A DNA stretch of 63,959 bases from Melioribacteraceae bacterium (GTDB lineage Bacteria > Bacteroidota > Ignavibacteria > Ignavibacteriales > Melioribacteraceae), in the NCBI GenBank assembly GCA_028280855.1, contig JANQLA010000087.1:1-63959 (forward strand), in the 5' to 3' direction. Position numbers and translations under genes: made by a program. Below are positions 8,432 through 16,025 of this stretch, piece by piece; within the stretch, counting starts at the first letter, position 1; each line of letters begins with the position of its first letter. Under the pieces are notes generated by a model. It was not told the origin of the DNA and did no database searches. It worked only from the letters and a program-made list of their open reading frames with translations.

Positions 8432-9154
8432 TTAATTAAACAATGGATTCGGTAATTTTATATTCTTATGGTTAGCAGTGCTATCAATTCTGGAATTTAT
8501 CCGTAAATAATCTTCGCGTGAGTTCATCTTCGCCCAATCAGCTTTAAATCTTAAATACTCAGCTTCTGTGATATCTGGTCGTAGTACAGTCAGTCTTTGA
8601 GTGAAGGATGTATTTAGTTGTAAGTCTATAAAGCCAGTAATAAGGAAACGAGTCAAAATTAAAATTAAAATAATTGCTGAAATATAATAGGGAATTTTTA
8701 ATATTCTCAGTTTCTTTAGATTTTTTTCTATTTTCAATTCACTTGATTTAATTTCTGCTCTGATTGATTTCTCTTTCTCATTTAATTCTTTTATTCTTTT
8801 TTTTATAGAATGTGAATCTCCGGAATCGATTGTAGAATCATTGAAATCTTCCGAGGAGTTAGATTTTCTTTTTTTTAAGATGAAATTTATATACGTGAAC
8901 AATACCACCATTCCGGCTATTATTAAAAATATTAGAATAAAAAATTGCATAAAATCCAATTCATTTCTATGACCGAGAGAGGCTGATTGATAGAAATTAT
9001 CAATTATTCCGGAAATAAAATTATCTGCTATTGCGGTTAAAATACTATAAATCAGTTTAACTATAGGTTCAATTAAAATAATAAAAATAATACCACCAAA
9101 AATGCTAACGAAAAGGCTTTTTTTAAGAGATTCATCCCAAAATAAATTCTTCAT
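8432..9154 (-). CDS. Hypothetical membrane protein with central charged coiled-coil segment
   Basis: 240-aa ORF in a very AT-rich stretch. It has hydrophobic spans near both ends of a KKRIKELNEKEKSIRAEIKSSELKIEKNLKKL segment. I recognise no family. Confidence 0.45.
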   Translation of the reverse strand: MKNLFWDESLKKSLFVSIFGGIIFIILIEPIVKLIYSILTAIADNFISGIIDNFYQSASLGHRNELDFMQFFILIFLIIAGMVVLFTYINFILKKRKSNSSEDFNDSTIDSGDSHSIKKRIKELNEKEKSIRAEIKSSELKIEKNLKKLRILKIPYYISAIILILILTRFLITGFIDLQLNTSFTQRLTVLRPDITEAEYLRFKADWAKMNSREDYLRINSRIDSTANHKNIKLPNPLFN

Positions 9155-9425
9155 ATCTTCCTCATATATTCTTAATTGGCTCGAACTTCTAGGTTCATTT
9201 CAATATGAAAACACGTTTAATGATTGTATTAAATACTCATCATAACGAATTTAACTTAATGCAAATTAAGGGGAGGAATACTAAAAAGCTAATCTGCTTA
9301 TATCTTAAAAAACAACTATGACTGAAGGAAATATCCTGCTTGCCACAAAAATTAGGATACCGATTGTTGAGAAAGCATCCTAGAGTTTCGAATTTACTGA
9401 CCATGTCGCATTTACGATATTTAAT

Positions 9426-9713
9426 TCAATTATGTGTAATTCTTATTTCTAAGCGGCAGTCTAAAGCTTCTAAATATTTTTTTATTGTTGCAAGAGACGG
9501 TGAGTGTTTACCGCTGCTAAGCGAGGACTCCAGCCTTGTAATTGCCTGCGATTTTGTTCCCATTTTATCTGCTATTTGCGCTTGACTAAGCCCGGTTTTT
9601 TTTCTTGCCCGAAGCATTTCTTTTAAAAGAGTAAATTCCGGCTCAAGCTTTTCATATTCTTTGCGCACAGACGTATTTTTTAGCGCTTTGCTTTTAAGCT
9701 CTTTATGTGTCAT
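9426..9713 (-). CDS. higA: XRE-family HTH antitoxin (HigA-like)
   Basis: 95 aa with the HTH GLSQAQIADKMGTKSQAITRLES. It overlaps the upstream toxin-like gene by 4 nt. Confidence 0.7.
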   Translation of the reverse strand: MTHKELKSKALKNTSVRKEYEKLEPEFTLLKEMLRARKKTGLSQAQIADKMGTKSQAITRLESSLSSGKHSPSLATIKKYLEALDCRLEIRITHN

Positions 9714-10036
9714 TTCGTTAATACCTCTTTAATCCTGTTTCTTGCAATTTCTATTTCTTTTTGGGGAATCTTTTGTGATTTCTTAATAAACAAATGAAGC
9801 ATTATAATTTTATTACCTAACATAGTACAATAAAACACTCGTGCTGTGCCCTCTTTACTTTTAATCCTTAGTTCAAGTAAACCACCACCAAGAGATTTCG
9901 TATGCGGCAATCCCAAGTTAGAACCAAATTCGAGCATTAAATCAGTCAGCCTTAAATAACGCGCTAAAAGACCGCTGGGTAGAGATAGAATTTTCTTTTC
10001 AAGCTCAGTACTGTAATATCCTATACTCCATTTCAT
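9710..10036 (-). CDS. higB: RelE/ParE-superfamily toxin of the Gp49/HigB type
   Basis: 108 aa. LELRIKSKEGTARVFYCTMLGNKIIMLHLFIKKSQKIPQKEIEIARNRIKEV resembles Gp49/HigB toxins. The toxin-first gene order matches HigBA modules. Confidence 0.65.
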   Translation of the reverse strand: MKWSIGYYSTELEKKILSLPSGLLARYLRLTDLMLEFGSNLGLPHTKSLGGGLLELRIKSKEGTARVFYCTMLGNKIIMLHLFIKKSQKIPQKEIEIARNRIKEVLTK

Positions 10037-10174
10037 AAATCAAATGTAACAAATATGTTACTTTGCTGCAAGCCAATATGTCGTGGCGGTATAATTGCAG
10101 ATAAACGTCCAGCACATTGATCATTTTCAAATTGCGTGGATTTTTATAGATGTTTATAAAAATATTTTTTCCCC

Positions 10175-10211
10175 ATCAGCGAAAATCCGCCGAATCTGCG
10201 TCATCAGCGCC
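10175..10211. repeat. Short 9-mer-periodic intergenic repeat (ATCAGCG-AAATCCGCC-GAATCTGCG-TCATCAGCG), copy 1
   Basis: atcagcgaaaatccgccgaatctgcgtcatcagcgcc is 28/37 identical by hand alignment to 48463..48499. Related single units followed by actaattatag occur at about 7450..7470 and 7547..7568. Confidence 0.55.
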
Positions 10212-10264
10212 TGCCCGGTAAAGTCACGCTACTTGTGATGACGACGGGTGCCATTAGTTTTTCC

Positions 10265-10340
10265 TTGTCTTACCTAACTTTTCTAGGTATGTTTCGTCAT
10301 AACTACATAGAAAATCTAGGTATAAAGGAGAATTAGGTAT
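10265..10340 (+). promoter_or_regulatory. Candidate padR-array promoter with embedded TACCTA-N7-TAGGTA palindrome and three TAGGTAT repeats
   Basis: TTGTCT (10265..10270), a 17-nt spacer, then TATGTT (10288..10293). The spacer contains taccta (10271..10276) and taggta (10284..10289). TAGGTAT recurs at 10284, 10317 and 10334. The RBS aaggag lies at 10325..10330. Confidence 0.35.
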
Positions 10341-10685
10341 ATGCTATCGAAAAACTTAATGGCGGCGTCATCCAAACCGCTGATTCTTGCAATTCTTCGC
10401 GGAGGAGAGAATTACGGTTACCAGATAATCCAGCGGGTAAAAGAGTTATCCGGCGGAGAGCTTGAATGGGCTGAAGGAATGTTGTACCCGGTGTTACACA
10501 AAATGCAGAAAGACGGGTTAGTGCAAACCAAGTGGAAGTTATCGGATAACGGAAGGATGCGTAAGTATTACCGTTTAACAACCAAAGGCAGGGAAGCGCT
10601 TAATAATGAAAAACAGCAATGGTTAAAAGTGCACGGTATGCTTGAGAAAGTATGGCAGCCGGACGCTTCCCTGGGAACTACTTAA
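10341..10685 (+). CDS. PadR-family transcriptional regulator
   Basis: 114 aa. PLILAILRGGENYGYQIIQRVKELSGGELEWAEGMLYPVLHKMQKDGLVQTKWKLSDNGRMRKYYRLTTKGREAL is a textbook PadR winged-helix pattern. Confidence 0.9.
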   Translation: MLSKNLMAASSKPLILAILRGGENYGYQIIQRVKELSGGELEWAEGMLYPVLHKMQKDGLVQTKWKLSDNGRMRKYYRLTTKGREALNNEKQQWLKVHGMLEKVWQPDASLGTT

Positions 10686-10702
10686 TAACATTTGGGGGAA
10701 AT

Positions 10703-13345
10703 GTGTTTAACCTTGAACAAGCAATTAGCATGTGGAAAAAATCGCTTCGTAAAAATCCATCGCTCGAAGACGGTTACATTGAAGAGTTGGAACAGCACCT
10801 TCGCGATTTTATTGACGAATGTTTGAATAAAGGAATGGACGTTGAAGATTCGTTTAATGAAGCTGTAAAAAGTATTGGAGATGCTAAACGGCTTGAAAAG
10901 GAATACTTTAAATCTCGCACCGTAGTTCCCTTAAGCAACTCTCTTACCGGCCGTTTGTGGATGCCCGCTTTATTTGCTAATTATTTTAAGATAGCAGTGA
11001 GGCGATTGGTAAGAAATAAAAGCTACGCATTTATAAATATAATCGGCTTATCCGTAGCAATGGCCGCAAGCTTGCTAATTGTATTGTTTATTGCATACGA
11101 ATTAAGTTTCGATTCTTTCCACGCAAAAGGCGATAACATTTATCGACTAAACGAGATTCAAAAGTTAAAAGGCCAAAGCACTCAGCACGTCGCTTTGTCT
11201 ATGTATCCAATGGGACCAACTTTAAAGCAGGATTTCCCTGAGGTTAAGGATTTTACAAGAGTGCTGAGAGGCCCAAGCGTAGTAAATAAAAAAGATAAAT
11301 ATTTTGTGCTTGATATGTCATTTCATGTTGATCCGGCGTTCTTACAAATTTTCGATTTCGAAGTCGTTCACGGCGATCCTGCTACATCGCTTGGTCAGCC
11401 GGGAAACGTAATTTTAACGAGAGCAACGGCATTAAAAATTTTCGGTACTGAAAACGCGGTTGGAAAACAATTTGAAGCCGACTCAGCCGTGCATACCGTA
11501 ACCGGTATTTTAGAAAACGTTCCGAAGAATTCTCATTTACAATTTGATGCTTTGTTCTCAGTGATGAGCGCCGAAAATGACTGGATGCGCGATAACTGGG
11601 ATTCAAATTTTCTTGTAACTTATCTTTTGCTTGAAGAAGGCATTGATATAAAAAAGCTCGAAAGCAAATTTCCCGACTTTTTAACCAAGTACATCGGCGA
11701 AGATGCTACCGAAACATATACGCTTTACTTGCAAAAGTTAAGCAACATACATCTTGGTTCGATGGACATAACGCACGACTACAGGAATTTTCAGAAGTTC
11801 AATATAAATTCAATTTACACTTTCGGCACGCTGGCTCTCTTAATAATACTTATCGCCGGAATAAACTTCATGAATATTTCCGTTGCGCAATCATCCGTCA
11901 GGTCCAAGGAAGTCGGCATAAGGAAAACATTGGGAGCTTTCCGCGAACAAATTAAACGACAATTCATAAGTGAATCCCTTATTTCAACTATTGCTTCGTT
12001 TCTGATTTCGATCGGGATAGCATTCCTCGTGCTTCCTTATTTGAATGATGTAATAGGCAGGGAGTTAAATTTAAGTTTGCTTACCAAACCTTTATTTGTA
12101 TTCACATTAATAGGCGTTTCGCTTTTTGTTGGGTTATTGGTCGGGTTGTATCCTGCATTTGTTCTTTCAGCTTTCAGTCCTGCAAAAGCATTGGTAAAAA
12201 AGATTCACTCTAAGGGAAAATATTTTTCATTTAGAAGTTTTTTGGTTGTTACGCAGTTCGCTATTTCCATAGCTCTTATTGTTGCAACGGGCATCACCAT
12301 AAAACAGTTGGATTTTATAAGGAATAAAAACCTGGGCTTTGAAACCGATCAGGTGATCCTGGTAAAGATGAACAACACCGCCAATGAAAAATACGACCTG
12401 CTTAAGAATGAAATGAAGCTTAATCCGGACGTTATTGATGTTACACATTCGTCTCAGAAACTTGTAAACAACATACACCAGATGGGAGTGCGTTACGAAG
12501 GGGCGGATGATGTGGTTAAGTTGTCTATTTCAAATGTAAGCGTCGACTACAATTTTATACCGTTTTACGAAATGGAGATAATAGAAGGAAGAAATTTCTC
12601 CGAAGAAATTAAGACGGATTTTACGAATGCGTATATAATAAACGAAACTCTTCAAAATCAAATCGGCTGGGAAAATCCGGTGGGCAAACGGATAAAACTT
12701 GCCTGGTTAGAAGAAATGGGTAAAGTGATTGGCGTTGTTGAAGATTTCAATTTTAATTCGCTCCACAACAAAGTAGAGCCGTTATTGATGAGCGTGCAAG
12801 GATGGGGAGCTTCGGATTTAGCTGTAAAGATAAACGCATCAGCCGCCGGTAGGGCAATCAGCCAGATAAAGGATACGTGGAATAAGCATGTGCCTGATCG
12901 TCCTTTCGAGTATGAGTTTATGGATGAGCATTTTAAAAGCTTGTACGAGTCAGATGAAAAAACGAGCAATGTAATATCATTAATTGCGGGGTTATCAATA
13001 TTTATTGCCTGCCTCGGTTTGTTCGGGTTATCGTCAATAATTGTATCACAGCGAACTAAAGAAATCGGGATAAGGAAAGTTCTCGGCGCTTCATTAATTC
13101 AGTTATTCTCCAATCTTTCAAGCGATTTTCTAAAACTGGTATTGGTTGCATTTATAATATCGGTACCGGTCACCATGTATTTTATGAATAGCTGGCTTGA
13201 CGGATTCGTTTATAGAATTGAGCCGGGAGTATGGCTGTTTGTTTTATCCGGCTTACTGGCAATTTTTATTGCGCTTATTACAATCTCTTTCCACACAGTA
13301 AAAGCGTCGTTAACAAATCCAATTAAATCATTGAGATACGAATAG
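10703..13345 (+). CDS. Headed duplicated FtsX/MacB-type permease, array unit 1
   Basis: GTG start at 10703 chosen because VFNLEQAISMWKKSLRKNPSLEDGYIEELEQHLRD aligns with the paralog heads. The track ATG at 10652 would overlap padR. Two FtsX blocks are marked by SKEVGIRKTLGA and TKEIGIRKVLGA. The tail is NPIKSLRYE*. Confidence 0.85.
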   Translation: MFNLEQAISMWKKSLRKNPSLEDGYIEELEQHLRDFIDECLNKGMDVEDSFNEAVKSIGDAKRLEKEYFKSRTVVPLSNSLTGRLWMPALFANYFKIAVRRLVRNKSYAFINIIGLSVAMAASLLIVLFIAYELSFDSFHAKGDNIYRLNEIQKLKGQSTQHVALSMYPMGPTLKQDFPEVKDFTRVLRGPSVVNKKDKYFVLDMSFHVDPAFLQIFDFEVVHGDPATSLGQPGNVILTRATALKIFGTENAVGKQFEADSAVHTVTGILENVPKNSHLQFDALFSVMSAENDWMRDNWDSNFLVTYLLLEEGIDIKKLESKFPDFLTKYIGEDATETYTLYLQKLSNIHLGSMDITHDYRNFQKFNINSIYTFGTLALLIILIAGINFMNISVAQSSVRSKEVGIRKTLGAFREQIKRQFISESLISTIASFLISIGIAFLVLPYLNDVIGRELNLSLLTKPLFVFTLIGVSLFVGLLVGLYPAFVLSAFSPAKALVKKIHSKGKYFSFRSFLVVTQFAISIALIVATGITIKQLDFIRNKNLGFETDQVILVKMNNTANEKYDLLKNEMKLNPDVIDVTHSSQKLVNNIHQMGVRYEGADDVVKLSISNVSVDYNFIPFYEMEIIEGRNFSEEIKTDFTNAYIINETLQNQIGWENPVGKRIKLAWLEEMGKVIGVVEDFNFNSLHNKVEPLLMSVQGWGASDLAVKINASAAGRAISQIKDTWNKHVPDRPFEYEFMDEHFKSLYESDEKTSNVISLIAGLSIFIACLGLFGLSSIIVSQRTKEIGIRKVLGASLIQLFSNLSSDFLKLVLVAFIISVPVTMYFMNSWLDGFVYRIEPGVWLFVLSGLLAIFIALITISFHTVKASLTNPIKSLRYE

Positions 13346-13354
13346 GGATAAATA

Positions 13355-16009
13355 ATGTTCAATCTTAATAATGAAATAGATAAATGGAAAAAAACGTTTC
13401 GTAAAAATCCGTCGCTCGAAGACGGCTATATTGAAGAGTTGGAGCAGCACTTACGAGATGTTATTGAAGAATGCATGGAAAAAGGATCGGATGTTGAAAC
13501 AGCATTTAATGAAGCTGTAAAAAAGATAGGCAGCGGCGCTAGTATCAGCGATGAGTATTATAAGTCCGCTACAAGAAACAAGTTTAGCGCAAGACCTTCC
13601 TGGCGTGTACCGAGGTGGATGCCTGTAATGATTTGGAATTATTATAAAGTAGCTCTGCGAAATCTGAAGCGGAACAAGGGATTTGCGTTAATAAATATCC
13701 TTGGGTTGAGTATCGGTATCGCTGTTTTTGTTTTAATCACCTTTTATACTCAAAATGAATTAAACTACGACGGCTTTCACAAGGATGGAGAAAGAATATA
13801 CAGGCTGCTGCGGGAAGCGCCTAAATCTAAAGGAGCATATAAAATAGCAGTGACATCCGGCCCGTTCGCACCTGCAATTAAAACAGATTTTTCCGGCGTG
13901 GTAGATGAAGTGTTGAGAGTTTGCCCGGCAGACGGATTGGTCAGCTATCTCGATCAAAATATATGGGAAGACCGCTTTTATTTAGCCGACAATCATTTTT
14001 TTAATTTCTTCTCGTATGAATTATTGACCGGCAATAAAGATGAAGTGCTAAACGGTCCAAACAAACTGGTTATCTCTGACGAAACGGCTGTTAAATATTT
14101 TGGGGATGAAAACCCGGTCGGAAAGCTGATAAAGCTGGATAACCAATATTCCTTCGAGGTTACCGGGGTCTTTCGCTCGAAGCATCCGAACTCTCATTTG
14201 AACTTCGACTTTGTTGCCTCCCTTCAAACGTTTGAAGGAACATGGTTATTGGATGAATGGTGGAGCAATAGTGTTTTCACATATCTCAAACTTAATCCTA
14301 CTACGGATGTAAACTTATTGGATTACCAGCTTGACGCGTTTATGCTTAAATACTTTGGAGATGATTTCGCCCAAACTAAGCTTCCGATGACCCTTACTCT
14401 TGAGCGGCTTGAAAATATTTATATGAACGCAGACTCAAGATATGATCATATTGCTCACGGGAATAAAACGGTTGTAATAATTTTTTCTTTTGTCGCGGTC
14501 TTTGTGCTTCTTATTGCGTGTATCAATTTTATGAACCTATCGTCCGCTAAGTCAGTTAAACGTGCCAAGGAAATAGGTGTTAGAAAAGTAATCGGCGCGC
14601 AAAGGAAAAGTCTTGTAATGCAGTTCATTTCAGAGGCAACAATCTACAGCTTGGCATCCGGCGCTGTTGCCGCTTTACTAATTATATTTATCACTCCTCA
14701 TTTCGAAAATCTGACTGCTTCAGATATTGCCTTCCCTATTGATAATCCTTTGTTCTATTTAGTTTCCTTATTATTCCTGGTTTTCCTTGGCTTCCTTGCT
14801 GGAAGCTACCCTGCATTTGTTCTTTCCGGGTTCAAGCCTGTTAAAGCGCTTTCAAATGAGAAGCTTGCTGACGGTGGATCTGGAATCAGGAGAATATTAG
14901 TTGTTACGCAGTTTGTAATATCTATCGTATTAATATCCGGTGTTATTGTTGTATTCAGCCAAACCAGCTTTTTGATCAATAAAGACAGTGGTTTTGATAA
15001 GGAGCAGGTTGTTCTGATACGTGCAAACTCACCCGAAATAAGGAGCAAACGATTCGAGTTAAAAGAAGCATTAATTAAAGAGAGTGCAATTAAGAGTGTT
15101 TCGTTTATGTCCGGCGAGCCCGGCGGCTTTCACGATAGCTTTGCATTTAAGATTGAAGATAAAGGCGGTGAGTTTTTTCAAATGCGATCTTTGGTAACCG
15201 ACTTCGAATACTTGTCTTTGTATAATGTTGAACTCCTGCACGGAAGAAATTTCTCGGAACAATACTCGCTGGATTCAACACAAGCAGTAATTATAAATGA
15301 AACTGCAGCGAGGTACCTGGACTGGCAGCCAGCCGAAGCAATTGGCAAAAGAATGGCGATTCGTTTCTATAATGAAGAACAGTACCGTTCAGTTATCGGC
15401 GTTGTAAAAGATTATCATTTTACTTCGCTTCACACCAACATAGACCCGTTAGTAATTTTTCCCGCTAATGATCATCGTGTAATAGCAATTAAAATAAAAT
15501 CAGATGATATATCTTCCGTATTGAATACAATCGAAGCAAAGTTCGGCGAACTTATTCCCGGCTTCCCGTTTCAATACGAGTTTTTAGATGAAACATTTGA
15601 AGCGAATTACTCTGCTGAAAAAAAGCAGCTTTCAGTGCTTAGTATCCTTACCGTGCTTGCTATAACAATCGCCGTACTTGGATTGTTCGGCTTGTCGACA
15701 CATTCTGCCGAGTCTCGTAAAAAAGAAATCGGGATTAGAAAAGTGCTGGGCGCTTCAGCACAACGACTGATTGTCCTGCTCATCGGTAATTTTTTAAAAT
15801 TGGTTCTTGTATCAAATATTATTGCTATACCGGTAAGCTGGTATATATCGAAACATTGGCTTTCTAACTTTGCATATCGCACCGAGCTGACGATTGTACC
15901 TTTTGCACTGACTTTAATTGCAACCGTATTGATTGCCTTAATAGCTACCGGGCATCAAACCTTAAAAGCAGTATTTATGAACCCCGTGGAAAGTATAAAA
16001 AATGATTAA
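13355..16009 (+). CDS. Headed duplicated FtsX/MacB-type permease, array unit 2
   Basis: Head MFNLNNEIDKWKKTFRKNPSLEDGYIEELEQHLRD. Motifs AKEIGVRKVIGA and KKEIGIRKVLGA. 9-nt junction to unit 1. Confidence 0.9.
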   Translation: MFNLNNEIDKWKKTFRKNPSLEDGYIEELEQHLRDVIEECMEKGSDVETAFNEAVKKIGSGASISDEYYKSATRNKFSARPSWRVPRWMPVMIWNYYKVALRNLKRNKGFALINILGLSIGIAVFVLITFYTQNELNYDGFHKDGERIYRLLREAPKSKGAYKIAVTSGPFAPAIKTDFSGVVDEVLRVCPADGLVSYLDQNIWEDRFYLADNHFFNFFSYELLTGNKDEVLNGPNKLVISDETAVKYFGDENPVGKLIKLDNQYSFEVTGVFRSKHPNSHLNFDFVASLQTFEGTWLLDEWWSNSVFTYLKLNPTTDVNLLDYQLDAFMLKYFGDDFAQTKLPMTLTLERLENIYMNADSRYDHIAHGNKTVVIIFSFVAVFVLLIACINFMNLSSAKSVKRAKEIGVRKVIGAQRKSLVMQFISEATIYSLASGAVAALLIIFITPHFENLTASDIAFPIDNPLFYLVSLLFLVFLGFLAGSYPAFVLSGFKPVKALSNEKLADGGSGIRRILVVTQFVISIVLISGVIVVFSQTSFLINKDSGFDKEQVVLIRANSPEIRSKRFELKEALIKESAIKSVSFMSGEPGGFHDSFAFKIEDKGGEFFQMRSLVTDFEYLSLYNVELLHGRNFSEQYSLDSTQAVIINETAARYLDWQPAEAIGKRMAIRFYNEEQYRSVIGVVKDYHFTSLHTNIDPLVIFPANDHRVIAIKIKSDDISSVLNTIEAKFGELIPGFPFQYEFLDETFEANYSAEKKQLSVLSILTVLAITIAVLGLFGLSTHSAESRKKEIGIRKVLGASAQRLIVLLIGNFLKLVLVSNIIAIPVSWYISKHWLSNFAYRTELTIVPFALTLIATVLIALIATGHQTLKAVFMNPVESIKND

Positions 16010-16025
16010 ACGTAAAGGCTCAAAT

